Of a stretch of DNA of 49,091 nucleotides, positions 18,784 through 29,201 are shown piece after piece. Position 1 is the stretch's first letter. Each line of letters begins with the position of its first letter. The stretch is from an uncultured archaeon. GTDB lineage: Archaea; Asgardarchaeota; Lokiarchaeia; Sigyniarchaeales; SOKP01. Where the stretch lies: positions 148,989-198,079 of the forward strand of contig CAZALK010000010.1 of NCBI GenBank assembly GCA_964486045.1, written 5' to 3'. The position numbers and the translations under genes are program-made. The notes under the pieces were generated by a model. It worked only from the letters and a program-made list of their open reading frames with translations. It was not told the origin of the DNA and did not search any database.

Positions 18784-21513
18784 ATGTTTAATCTAAAACA
18801 ATTTCAAAACAATTTGGTTCTTGAACCATTAGTTGATAAGCTTAACAAATTTCTAAGTAAGAATAAAACTCAAAAAGTGTTAAAATTAATTGTAGAATTA
18901 GAGAGTTTATTAGACCAGCCTGAACATCAAGTTCCAATAACATATGTACTTAGTATCTTAGCAGAACTTAGTATTGATCTAATTTCTCAGGAGACTATCC
19001 AAAGAATTGAGCCATTTCTTAAATCAGAGAATATAAAATTAAGATTAAATTCAATAATAGTCATAGGGTTTTTTTTGATTGCGAAACCGGAATTAGGAAA
19101 ATTAAAAATGCATTCAATAGCTACATTGCTAACAGACGAATCTAAAGATATCAGAGACAATGTTCACTTTTTTTTATCGGAAATAGTTAAAATAAAACCG
19201 GATTTAGCTAATCTTATTATAGATATTCTGCTGAATAGTTTACCTCAGGAAGGTAATGAAGAAAATATTATCTCTTTGTTAAATATGTTCGAGTTTTGTT
19301 CGAATTTAAATTATGATGAGTTATTTCGGCTTCGAGAAACTTTGAAATTGATGATTTCCTCTTTTCACAATGATTTAACTTCTGGAATATTTACTAAATT
19401 ATTAACCCTTATTGAAAAATTTTTCCCCTCTTTAGAGATACAAACTCTAGATACTATTGACTCAAAAACCTTAACAGATTTATTAGAGGAACATTTTCTG
19501 ATGAAGAAATCAAATTTTACAGAACTATCAAAAACTACGAATATCAATTTAAAAGAATACTTAAAAAAGTTCCAGAATTCAAAATTAAGAGAGAAAAAAA
19601 CATATTTCTATACAAGATCAGATAAAAATATAACATTTGTGTATGAACTTGAATCAAGTAAACTCGTTAGCTTTTTCGAAAAAAAATCGAAAATATCACC
19701 AGAATTTTTAAGAGAAACTTTTTCCGAAATAATACAAAATGATTCTGAATTAAGACTTTTTATAAAGATGTTAATGAAGTTAAACATTATTAGGGGTTAT
19801 TACTCAAAGATAGGATTTTTTTACTCTTCCAACTATATAAAATCAAATTTAGTAAGTGATCTAAATCAAAAGGGAATTATGAAACTAAACAAATTTAATT
19901 TCCTTCCTCCTCATATTCTAAGGAATATAATCAAGGATATTAAGATTTCTCAAAAAGATGAACTTCTTCAAGGTCAAAACAAATCCAGCTATTATTCATT
20001 AAAGATGATTCAAGAACAAATTAATATAGAGGCCGCAAAAAATAGTGTTGTAGATCTAAAATCGTATAGAGGGAGGATCACTGACGAGGATTTCATTAAT
20101 CTGATTAAAAAATTACCAAAAGAATATTTATCTAGTTATCATAAAGGAACTCAATGGCTAACTAATTTAGGTACTCTAAAAATATCAAATGAAATTCAAA
20201 ACTCAAAAATTTTTGGATTCTTTGACATTTCTAAAAACTCAAATAAGTTGAAAATCGGACAAATGCTACTATTTGATGTATTTATTAATACCGTTGATGA
20301 TAGAAGCGGGATTTGGGATAAAAAAAAAGAAATATTCTTTTATTCAAAATTCTTAACAGAAAAGATAGAAACCCTTAGTTCAATTCCAAATGATGCAGAT
20401 AAGGAGATTCAAATTAATTTATTAGCTAATGAGCTAAACATAAATAAAAATCACATATCAGCTAAATTAGATGAAAATCTTAAATTAATCGGAAAAGAGA
20501 TTAAGAATAAAGATAAAATTGAAATTAATGAATATCTTGAAAAAACTGGGATGGATTTAGAAGTATTCATGAAGTTTATTGATGATTTAGGAGTTAGGTA
20601 TTTTAAAAAAGCTGATCAACTTCTCTTTAAAGAGGAAAAAATTGAGGAATCTAAGAAGGATATCAGATTTATGCTGTTAGATAAATCAAAATCAGCAGAA
20701 TATCTAAACTTAGGAAATTTTGATATTAACTCTAATTTAATAAAAGATTTAATTCATGATTTACTCAAGGATGGAAAATTGAGAGGAATATTTTATGAAG
20801 ATGAAGGAGAGATCCTCTTTTATACTGAAAGAGGAATTCGTAAATTGATGTTAGAAAATAGTTTCCTTTTTTCATTCGGAGATTTATTTTATGGGAAAGA
20901 ATTAAGCCAAGATGAAACAGAATTAATGAAAACAATATTTGATAATTTGATTGCTAGAAAAAGATTGAGAGGTCATTTCGATGAGGAGTCATTAACCTTC
21001 TCTAGTGATGAAATATTGTTCGCTAAGGATTATAACACCGTTTTATTTGAATTTGAGAACAATATTAATAAATATAATCAAGCTTTTGAATCAGAATATA
21101 AAAAGATTAAGAAGATACTAACTAAAAAGGAAGAAACAATATTTCCCTACGAAATTAAATTGTTACAAGAAATTATTGATAGAATAAACGGTAAGTATGT
21201 ATGGTGGAGAAACAGTTTAGAAGCCTTTATCGTAAGGGCTAATCAAAAGTTATTAAAGGATCAAGGTGTCAGTGTTAAAAATTATAAAAATTTATTCTCA
21301 ACTGAGCAAAAAGAAGAAATTAAATTATTTGAGGAGGATCCAGAAGTGGTTGATAATTTAAAGAACTTTAAATCCTGGGTTAAGGTTTTTAACAAACTTG
21401 AAGTGAAATATCCAAGCGTTATTTTTTACCACAAACGAATAGCCACTAATCCTGAAGATTCGGAATCAAAGAATAAGCTGAAAGACCTGTTTGAAGAATT
21501 ATTTTTATCTTAA
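18784..21513 (+). CDS. HEAT-repeat plus tandem winged-helix (PCI/UFL1-like) protein
   Basis: HEAT-like FLKSENIKLRLNS and LLTDESKDIRDN. Repeated WH-type ends: MLMKLNIIRGYY, LLKDGKLRGIFY and LIARKRLRGHFDEES. Confidence 0.7.
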   Translation: MFNLKQFQNNLVLEPLVDKLNKFLSKNKTQKVLKLIVELESLLDQPEHQVPITYVLSILAELSIDLISQETIQRIEPFLKSENIKLRLNSIIVIGFFLIAKPELGKLKMHSIATLLTDESKDIRDNVHFFLSEIVKIKPDLANLIIDILLNSLPQEGNEENIISLLNMFEFCSNLNYDELFRLRETLKLMISSFHNDLTSGIFTKLLTLIEKFFPSLEIQTLDTIDSKTLTDLLEEHFLMKKSNFTELSKTTNINLKEYLKKFQNSKLREKKTYFYTRSDKNITFVYELESSKLVSFFEKKSKISPEFLRETFSEIIQNDSELRLFIKMLMKLNIIRGYYSKIGFFYSSNYIKSNLVSDLNQKGIMKLNKFNFLPPHILRNIIKDIKISQKDELLQGQNKSSYYSLKMIQEQINIEAAKNSVVDLKSYRGRITDEDFINLIKKLPKEYLSSYHKGTQWLTNLGTLKISNEIQNSKIFGFFDISKNSNKLKIGQMLLFDVFINTVDDRSGIWDKKKEIFFYSKFLTEKIETLSSIPNDADKEIQINLLANELNINKNHISAKLDENLKLIGKEIKNKDKIEINEYLEKTGMDLEVFMKFIDDLGVRYFKKADQLLFKEEKIEESKKDIRFMLLDKSKSAEYLNLGNFDINSNLIKDLIHDLLKDGKLRGIFYEDEGEILFYTERGIRKLMLENSFLFSFGDLFYGKELSQDETELMKTIFDNLIARKRLRGHFDEESLTFSSDEILFAKDYNTVLFEFENNINKYNQAFESEYKKIKKILTKKEETIFPYEIKLLQEIIDRINGKYVWWRNSLEAFIVRANQKLLKDQGVSVKNYKNLFSTEQKEEIKLFEEDPEVVDNLKNFKSWVKVFNKLEVKYPSVIFYHKRIATNPEDSESKNKLKDLFEELFLS

Positions 21514-21803
21514 ATACCTCGCTTTTTATTCCTCTCGATTCGAGAAAGAAATTTCTCTAGTTCAATTTTTTCATCTACTAAAATTTTATAAGTTTTTGGA
21601 TTCGTACTTCCGTTTAAAGCTAATATACCTTCTTTTTCAAGAACTTTAAGGGATCTCCAAATGAAATTAATCTTCGAACGATTTGATGATTTGATATTAA
21701 AACATCTTCTAATCCTTTTAGTATTTACAAGGTTAACATTGCTCTCAATTAGTTTATTCAGTGCTTCAACTGTGTCACTTAAGTTTTTTACGAAAAAATC
21801 CAT
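21510..21803 (-). CDS. Small winged-helix DNA-binding protein
   Basis: IWRSLKVLEKEGILALNGSTNPKTYKI forms a recognition helix plus wing. SD-like AGGGGG upstream; convergent 4-bp overlap with the preceding gene. Confidence 0.7.
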   Translation of the reverse strand: MDFFVKNLSDTVEALNKLIESNVNLVNTKRIRRCFNIKSSNRSKINFIWRSLKVLEKEGILALNGSTNPKTYKILVDEKIELEKFLSRIERNKKRGI

Positions 21804-22005
21804 GGTTAAGCGAGTTCCCCCTTAATTGAATTTAAAAGCTTATTATCTCCTTAATAAAATTATATTTTGAAAAGTAAAGTTGATTTTCTGGGTATAATAA
21901 AATTATGATTAGGTATATATAAATATTTTTTAATTTAAAGTCAACTTATTTGAAAGAGTTAAATATTTAATTTCTGTAGATTTGAACTAGTATTGGTTAA
22001 ATTGC

Positions 22006-23610
22006 TTAATGCCGGAATACTCTCTTCCCACAAAATATTAATGCACAATCTAGTTCGTCAGCTCTTTTGATAATTGATTCATCTCTCATTGATCCGCCAG
22101 GATTGATAATAGCTTTTGCTCCTGCTTTAACAGCAACTTCTAAACCGTCAGGAAACGGGAAAAAAGAATCAGTACCCATAAAAGAATTTCTTAGTTCCTC
22201 TTTATGTCCGAATTCTATTGCCTTTTGGATAGCTAACTTAACTACGTGTACTCTACTTTGTTGACCAGCTCCAATCCCTATCGAATACATTCCATCATTA
22301 TAGATTTGGGAAAAACATGCAGAATTTGATTTAGTCCATTTTGAAACTTTATATGCAAAAATAAGTGCTTCTCGCTCATCCTCACTTACTTTCTTTTTGC
22401 TCACTACATTCCAATCTTTGATAACAGACTTACTATCATATTCTTGAATTAATACTCCCCCTAAAGTAGACCTTATTTCTAAATTTTTGTAAATTTCGTC
22501 TCGTTTATCAAGGAAATCACCTAATTTTAATATCCTCATGTTTTTTTTTTGTTTCAAAATTTCAAGAGCTTCAGATTCAAATGAAGGAGCTAATATAACG
22601 TCTACAAAGATTTTTTCTTTGTTAACAATGAAGTCGGCAACAACTGTTGTTAATTCTTTGTTAAATCCCCAGATTCCTCCAAATGCAGACATTGGATCAC
22701 AATTGAAGGCCATTTTGACTGATTTCAATTGATTTTTCTTATCTATTGCCATACCATTAGGAGAGGTATGCTTCAGAATGGCAGTAACATGATGATCTTG
22801 ATTAAAATCTAACAACATTTGTACACACGAGTCAATATCAAGATAATTATTAAATGAAATTTGTTTTCCTCCTAACTGTTCAAAACTGTGAAGGCCATAT
22901 TTCGCGGAAGTGTCTCGATAAAACGCAGCAGCTTGCTCCCAATTCTCCCCATATCTGCAATCTTGTACTTTTTCGTAAACTTTTATTATTTGCTCACCCA
23001 TTTTTATATCAGGATTGTAATAGTTTTGTAAATACCTTGCGATTGCAGCATTATAATCCGCCATAATAGCAAACACATCTTGTGCTAACGTTGCTCTAGT
23101 TTTATCAGTAATTATTCCCTCGTTTTCTTTTAATTCTTTTAGAATTTGATTATAATATTTAGTGTGGGGAACAACAATTACACCTGGAAAATTTTTAGCT
23201 GCTGCTCTAATCATTGTAGGACCACCGATATCAATCATCTCTAATGCTTCCTCCAATGTAATATCAGGTTTAGAAATAGCTTCTTTAAATTGATATAAAT
23301 TACATACAACCATATCTATTGGAGGAATGTTGTATTTTTCTGCGTCCTTATTGTCTTGTTCATAATTTCTACGATATAGAATACCTCCTTCAACTTTTGG
23401 ATGTAATGTCTTTACTCTTCCATCAAACATTTCAGGAGACTCTGTATATTCAGAAATCTTAATAATTTTAATCCCATTTTTCTCCAATAATCTTCCTGTT
23501 CCTCCCGTTGAGAGTATTTCAACATTATATTCATTTACCAATATTTTAACAAAATCCAAAACACCTTCCTTATCAAATACACTTACAAGAGCTCTTTCAA
23601 TTTTCTTCAT
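22006..23610 (-). CDS. purH: Bifunctional AICAR transformylase / IMP cyclohydrolase
   Basis: RALVSVFDK, STGGT, GRVKTLHP, IDIGGPTMIRAAAKN, RYGEN, KHTSP, SAFGG, DSFFPFPD and RVFRH. Confidence 0.97.
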   Translation of the reverse strand: MKKIERALVSVFDKEGVLDFVKILVNEYNVEILSTGGTGRLLEKNGIKIIKISEYTESPEMFDGRVKTLHPKVEGGILYRRNYEQDNKDAEKYNIPPIDMVVCNLYQFKEAISKPDITLEEALEMIDIGGPTMIRAAAKNFPGVIVVPHTKYYNQILKELKENEGIITDKTRATLAQDVFAIMADYNAAIARYLQNYYNPDIKMGEQIIKVYEKVQDCRYGENWEQAAAFYRDTSAKYGLHSFEQLGGKQISFNNYLDIDSCVQMLLDFNQDHHVTAILKHTSPNGMAIDKKNQLKSVKMAFNCDPMSAFGGIWGFNKELTTVVADFIVNKEKIFVDVILAPSFESEALEILKQKKNMRILKLGDFLDKRDEIYKNLEIRSTLGGVLIQEYDSKSVIKDWNVVSKKKVSEDEREALIFAYKVSKWTKSNSACFSQIYNDGMYSIGIGAGQQSRVHVVKLAIQKAIEFGHKEELRNSFMGTDSFFPFPDGLEVAVKAGAKAIINPGGSMRDESIIKRADELDCALIFCGKRVFRH

Positions 23611-23738
23611 AAAAAATCATCTTATTTGTTCTTTAGTGAATTTAATGATATTAAAAAGGTAAAGTTTTTTCTTGTTAAAAATTGATTAATAGATCTTTAA
23701 TAAAAAGAGGTTTGATAAAGGTAAAAATAGAGAACAGT

Positions 23739-25217
23739 TTAAAATTTACCAATCAAGTCATGTGGAGCGGTTTCACGCTGACCTACAACAGAAACAATAC
23801 CGAGTGGTACTTTCTTCATTTCTTCTATCGATATAGCTCCCGCATAAATCATACCATTTGCTAATCCTTCTTTTAAGGTTTCTAAAACACCGGAAACGTC
23901 TCCCACGTAAGGTACATAATTAGATACTCCCTCTGTTAACATTTTAGAACCCTCTACATACCTATCTGAAATGTAACCGGAGGTTCTTGCTTGTTCTGAA
24001 CCCATACCTCGATATACTTTTACTTTTCTTCCAGCTATAGTATCAATAAATCCCGGAGATTCATCTGTGCCTGCGAAAATATGTCCTGACATTATTAAAT
24101 CAGCACCAACTGCAAAAGCTTTTGGTAAATCACCTGGATTTTTGAATCCCCCATCAGCTATTAGTGATAACTTAGGGTCATAATCTTGTATAGCATCAGC
24201 TACCTGAGCTGTTGCATAAAGGGTAGGAGCACCAACACCAGTTTGTAACGAAGTCGTGCAAATAGATCCAGAACCCATTCCAACTTTCAAACCAATAAAT
24301 CGCTCCTCGATAAAGTCAACTTTAGTGATTAAATGTTCAGCTGCTTGGTAAGTCCCGATATTACCTAATACAAAATCAGAGTCTAAAAATTCCATTAATT
24401 TTGCTGTTCCTTCAATATCATCTTTCTTGTAAAAATCAGCAACATCTATAAAGAAAATATCTACGTATTTTTCAATTTCTTTCAATAATTCTTGAGCACG
24501 AGAAGTTTCAGGGAAATTAGGAGATAGAGCTAACCCACATAGTAAGTGTCCTTCTTGATCTTTAGATGCTAAAGGAAATTCTGGTGCTAAATCCTTTTTT
24601 GTTATTAAACCTTTTAAGAGACCATTTTCATCAATGATGGGTAACTTCTCCTTCCGTGATTCATAGAGAATTTTCATAGCATCTTCTCTCGATGCACCTG
24701 GCTTAATAGAAATCACATCTCTAGTCATGTAGTCCTTTACGGTACCATTTTTTATATCCTGTTCAAAAAAAGGAATGTCCCGCTTGGTAAATATTCCACA
24801 AACCTTTTTTTCTCCATTTGTGACAACAATACCGCTTATATTATAATTTTCCATCATGAATTTGGCCTTCGAGACTTGAGCGTTTGGTCCAATAGTAGCG
24901 ACATACTCATCATCTATGACAAAAGACCTAGCCCTCTTAACAATTCTACACATTTCTAACTGTCTTTCAAAAGAACAATTGCGATGCAAAACTCCAAGGC
25001 CTCCACGTAGAGCCATTTGGATGGCCATGGCCTCCTCCGAGACGGTGTCCATTGCGGACGACATTATTGGAAGATTAAAATTATAGGGACCTAGCGATGA
25101 AGATAAATCCACCTCGCTGGGTGAAAAGTTGGTAAATCCTGGCAAGATTAATACATCATCAAACGTCGCTATCAATTTTTGCGAGTGTACCTTGGTCCTA
25201 TAATAATCTGTCAACAA
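23739..25217 (-). CDS. guaB: IMP dehydrogenase with CBS subdomain
   Basis: [25 protein letters not shown] (catalytic Cys), IADGG, YRGMGS and EGV. Confidence 0.96.
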   Translation of the reverse strand: MLTDYYRTKVHSQKLIATFDDVLILPGFTNFSPSEVDLSSSLGPYNFNLPIMSSAMDTVSEEAMAIQMALRGGLGVLHRNCSFERQLEMCRIVKRARSFVIDDEYVATIGPNAQVSKAKFMMENYNISGIVVTNGEKKVCGIFTKRDIPFFEQDIKNGTVKDYMTRDVISIKPGASREDAMKILYESRKEKLPIIDENGLLKGLITKKDLAPEFPLASKDQEGHLLCGLALSPNFPETSRAQELLKEIEKYVDIFFIDVADFYKKDDIEGTAKLMEFLDSDFVLGNIGTYQAAEHLITKVDFIEERFIGLKVGMGSGSICTTSLQTGVGAPTLYATAQVADAIQDYDPKLSLIADGGFKNPGDLPKAFAVGADLIMSGHIFAGTDESPGFIDTIAGRKVKVYRGMGSEQARTSGYISDRYVEGSKMLTEGVSNYVPYVGDVSGVLETLKEGLANGMIYAGAISIEEMKKVPLGIVSVVGQRETAPHDLIGKF

Positions 25218-25463
25218 AAACCACCGTATTAGAAAAAAATTGAATTTTAATAATAAAGATAAATTAGTTTAAAAAACTTTGCTCTGTTTATTGATTTTTA
25301 AAACTAAACCTTTGATATATAAACATGATATTTCCTTACTTAAAACATAAATGTTAGGCGTTTGCAGGTGTGTAAAAAGTCTGTGATATCTTTATTAAAT
25401 ATACTATAAAAGAAAATTCAATTCTAAAGCCTCTTAACGGGAAAAATGAATAGATCTTCAACG

Positions 25464-25559
25464 TGTTCACAAGATAACGAACTCATAAAAAATCGTGTTC
25501 ATTGGATAGTGAAGATTGATTTCATTTTTGTAAGATATTTGTTCATAAGATAGCGAACT
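25464..25559. promoter_or_regulatory. Three operator-like GTTC-N10-GAA(C/G) repeats upstream of guaB-purH
   Basis: tgttcacaagataacgaact (25464), tgttcattggatagtgaaga (25496) and tgttcataagatagcgaact (25540). Confidence 0.5.
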
Positions 25560-25591
25560 AATGAAAACTTGAGTTGGTCAGATGTTGAAGT

Positions 25592-25648
25592 CTATTTACC
25601 GTAATACTTGGTAAGATTTTTGGTTTGAATGATTATGTTTTTAGACAT
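25592..25648 (-). pseudogene. N-terminal remnant of an ABC transporter ATP-binding gene
   Basis: ATG at 25648 gives MSKNIIIQTKNLTKYYGK then TAG. This is the typical ABC ATPase opening, with no Walker A following. Confidence 0.55.
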
Positions 25649-25734
25649 TCTAATAACTGTTTAAAGTTTTAATTTAAGGCAATTTTTCTTATATAACTTA
25701 ATAGAAAAGTCTTTCGGTAAATTTATAACCGTAT

Positions 25735-26643
25735 TCACATTCGAATGAGCTTCTTTCTTTTCATTTTCTGGACATTGGGATCATTAATATAAGAGTCCAA
25801 TGTTGCTATAAACATCTCTCGGTCTGCCTGAATATTGGTAGACTCAATATCAACATAGTTATTTATATGATCATTAAAAACTTGAGAGGTTACATTATTG
25901 CCAAGATTTGCTATAATATCTCTTTCTTCTTTTATATTCTCAACAGGGCTTAAAAGGGTAAGTTCACCAGAATTTAAATCCTCGTATAGAGGGGTGCTAG
26001 GGGATACCATTAAAGTACGGAACCTAAATATAGTAGGATTAATTTCAGTAATAACTCTCGCGGTTCCTTTCACATGCTCTTCTGAGTATTTCTTACCCCC
26101 TAAGCCTAAAATAATATATAAGGATAATTTAATTCCTGCATTTAAAAGTCTTTTACCAGCTTTTATGAAAGACTCTGCGTTGGTACCTTTTTTCATTAAT
26201 CTTAGTACAATATTTGACCCACTTTCTAATCCCATGTAGACAATATCCAATCCTGCATCAGCTAAAGTCTTTAATTCTTCATCAGACTTCCTTAACACAT
26301 CTAACGCTTTAGAGTAGCAGCTTACGCGTGGAACGTTTCTTAATACAACTCTAACATATCTAATTATTTCAGCCAAATATTCTGTGGGTGCCGAAGTTGG
26401 ATTTCCCCCAGCAAGAAACACTGGAAATCCATGATAATTGTAATTGGCAGCTTGATCAATGTCCTTCTTAACGTCATCTATCGGTCGTACAGCGTATTCT
26501 TGAGTGGTTCCATACATGCCTTTATAAGTCCCACAAAATTTACATTTATTCCATGAGCAACCGCCTGTAACAGCAATTAATACAGAATACGCTTCTACAG
26601 GAGGTCGAATGATGATATGCTCAGGGGGGTAATTAGCGGTCAT
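25735..26643 (-). CDS. Radical SAM protein
   Basis: CSWNKCKFC (CX3CX2C), FLAGGN, YMGLESG and ILGLGG. Confidence 0.93.
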   Translation of the reverse strand: MTANYPPEHIIIRPPVEAYSVLIAVTGGCSWNKCKFCGTYKGMYGTTQEYAVRPIDDVKKDIDQAANYNYHGFPVFLAGGNPTSAPTEYLAEIIRYVRVVLRNVPRVSCYSKALDVLRKSDEELKTLADAGLDIVYMGLESGSNIVLRLMKKGTNAESFIKAGKRLLNAGIKLSLYIILGLGGKKYSEEHVKGTARVITEINPTIFRFRTLMVSPSTPLYEDLNSGELTLLSPVENIKEERDIIANLGNNVTSQVFNDHINNYVDIESTNIQADREMFIATLDSYINDPNVQKMKRKKLIRM

Positions 26644-26771
26644 TGCATCTAATATGGGTTTTTTAAAAATTAAATTTTAATCACTATCTATTTTTAATAA
26701 ATAAATTAAATTTTTAGATATTATTGTTATAACTTACAAGAAAAATCGCTATAAATTTTAAGGTAAACATT

Positions 26772-28382
26772 TTGAATGCAGAATTTAACTGGGATTTTAA
26801 TTATCCCTCTCGAAGAATGCCAATTCTTGCGAATAATATTGTTTCAACATCTCAACCATTAGCTTCTCAAGCTGGACTTCAAATGATTATAAACGGAGGC
26901 AATGCTGTTGACGCAGCTATTGCTTCTGCTATTGCGTTAACCGTTGTTGAACCAACCATGAATGGCATTGGAAGTGATGCTTTTGCATTAATATGGGATG
27001 GGAGTAAAATAGTGGGTTTAAATGCTTCTGGAAGATCACCAGCAGCATGGACACCAGAATTATTTTCTCCTCATAAGGAAATGCCACTTACTGGGTGGGG
27101 CACTGTCACTATCCCAGGAGCAGTATCTGCCTGGATTGAACTATCTAAGAGATATGGACAGCTTCCATTTAAAGATTTATTCGGTCCGGCTATTAATTAT
27201 GCAGAAAATGGATTTTTAGTATCTCCAATAACAGCTGAAATTTGGAATTATCAATTAAATTCCTATCTAAAAGATATCCCTAACTTTAAAAATATCTTTC
27301 CTGAGTTTTATATTACGTTTTTTAAGAATGGTCAAGCTCCAAAGCCTGGAACATTATATAAACTCCCTGATCACGGAAAGACCTTAAGAATTATAGCAGA
27401 AACAGAAGGGGAAGCGTTTTATCACGGAGAAATAGCTAAAAAATTAGTGAAGCATGCAGAAACCACAGGGGGATACATTACACTTGAAGATCTAGAAAAT
27501 CATAAAGTATCTTGGGAGAAATCTCTCACAATTGATTTTAATGGGGTAACGGTATGCGAGCTTCCGCCAAATGGGCAAGGATTGGCATCCTTAATAATGC
27601 TTGGTATCTTAAATTATTTTGATTTAAGCTTATTTAAACCAGATTCCCCCGAATCAATTCATTTGCAAATTGAAGCTATGAAATTAGCCTTTTCTGATGC
27701 TTATCGCTATGTTTCAGATCCATTAACTTTAGAATTTGATCCTTTAAATTTGTTATCTTCTGAATATCTTGAGAAAAGAGCAAGTATGATTAATTTAAAG
27801 AGAACTAAACAATTTGATGCAGGAATGCCAAATAAAGGAGACACAGTATATTTAACAACTGCAGATTCTGATGGAAAGATGGTCTCCTACATTCAATCAA
27901 ATTATATGAAATTTGGTTCCTGTATTGTAGTTCCTGGCACGGGAATTAGCCTACAAAATCGAGGGAATAGTTTTTCATTAAAAGAAGGGCACCCTAATCA
28001 AGTAGGACCTAATAAACGCCCATTTCATACCATCATTCCTGGATTTGTAACAAAAAATCGTCAACCACTAATGAGTTTTGGTGTAATGGGAGGTTCAATG
28101 CAACCACAAGGTCACGCTCAACTAATGATTCGAATATTTAATTATGCACAAAATCCCCAAGCTGCCCTTGATGCCCCACGATGGCGAGTATCTGAAAAAC
28201 TAAATGTTAGTCTCGAATCTGAATTTAAGCATGATATTTTTAACGAATTACATCGGTTAGGTCACCAAGTTTCTACAGAAGATTATACAAGATTTGGGGG
28301 GGGACAATTAATTTATAAACTTGAAAATGGTTATTTAGGTGCATCAGATTGGCGTAAAGATGGTCAAGCTGTAGGTTTCTAA
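26772..28382 (+). CDS. ggt: Gamma-glutamyltransferase family protein (YwrD-like Ntn hydrolase)
   Basis: GGNAVDAAIA, NGIGSD, ELPPNGQG, GDTVYL (nucleophile Thr), KRPFHTIIP, GVMGGSMQPQG and DWRKDG. Confidence 0.95.
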   Translation: MNAEFNWDFNYPSRRMPILANNIVSTSQPLASQAGLQMIINGGNAVDAAIASAIALTVVEPTMNGIGSDAFALIWDGSKIVGLNASGRSPAAWTPELFSPHKEMPLTGWGTVTIPGAVSAWIELSKRYGQLPFKDLFGPAINYAENGFLVSPITAEIWNYQLNSYLKDIPNFKNIFPEFYITFFKNGQAPKPGTLYKLPDHGKTLRIIAETEGEAFYHGEIAKKLVKHAETTGGYITLEDLENHKVSWEKSLTIDFNGVTVCELPPNGQGLASLIMLGILNYFDLSLFKPDSPESIHLQIEAMKLAFSDAYRYVSDPLTLEFDPLNLLSSEYLEKRASMINLKRTKQFDAGMPNKGDTVYLTTADSDGKMVSYIQSNYMKFGSCIVVPGTGISLQNRGNSFSLKEGHPNQVGPNKRPFHTIIPGFVTKNRQPLMSFGVMGGSMQPQGHAQLMIRIFNYAQNPQAALDAPRWRVSEKLNVSLESEFKHDIFNELHRLGHQVSTEDYTRFGGGQLIYKLENGYLGASDWRKDGQAVGF

Positions 28383-28583
28383 TTTAAATTTGGTTTTACA
28401 AGGAATTTTTGAAGATTGTGAGAGAGTTTGCTAATCAACCAAGTTTAAAAAGAGTCTTACTTTCAAGCAAAATATTTAAAGGTCTAATTATTTTCTCAAT
28501 TAATTTAGCATTATATATTAGCTTTACAATTTAAATTAATCAATTAATCTCATATTATTGTTTAATAGGAAGTAGATTACTCT

Positions 28584-29177
28584 ATGAGTTACGACAGAAA
28601 AAATATCATATACAGCTTTAAGATAGTTATTTGTGGGGGTAATTCTGTCGGAAAAACATGCCTTTTCAACCGATATTGCTTCAATTCATTTAAGTTTGAC
28701 ACTTCCCCAACCATAGGGATTAATTTTCATTCAATTAATTTAAAAATTAATAATGAGGAAGATCCTCAAGAATTAAGAGAACATTACATAGTGAATTCAA
28801 TATTCGATTTTGGGGGTCAAGAGCGTTTTAAACCATTAGTGGGGCAATTTTTGGAAGGATCTTCAGGAGCACTTTTAGTATTTGACTCAGTCAATAATTC
28901 ATCATTTAATGAGTTAGATTTTTGGTACGAACAATTAATTACAAATGCTGTAAGCTCAGATATTCCAATAATTTTAGTGGGAAGTAAAACTGATTTAATC
29001 GAAAAAGTACCTGAGTCAGAAATAGTGAATGATAATTTAATTAATAAATTCATTGAAGAAAAGCAATTAGATAGTTTTTATAGAACATCTGCATTAGAAA
29101 ACTATAATGTTTTAGAAGTTTTCAAAGATCTTAATAATTTGATGCTGAAAAGACAACATATTCCTTACATGGTATAG
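28584..29177 (+). CDS. Ras/Rab-like small GTPase
   Basis: GGNSVGKT, PTIG, FDFGGQERF, GSKTD and RTSAL. Confidence 0.95.
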   Translation: MSYDRKNIIYSFKIVICGGNSVGKTCLFNRYCFNSFKFDTSPTIGINFHSINLKINNEEDPQELREHYIVNSIFDFGGQERFKPLVGQFLEGSSGALLVFDSVNNSSFNELDFWYEQLITNAVSSDIPIILVGSKTDLIEKVPESEIVNDNLINKFIEEKQLDSFYRTSALENYNVLEVFKDLNNLMLKRQHIPYMV

Positions 29178-29201
29178 CATGAAATAATCTAAAATCAAAA
29201 A

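Noticed and set aside
25218-25734. Purine riboswitch or other ncRNA upstream of guaB
   Set aside because: I could not find the conserved aptamer core or convincing stems by eye; a covariance-model search would be needed.
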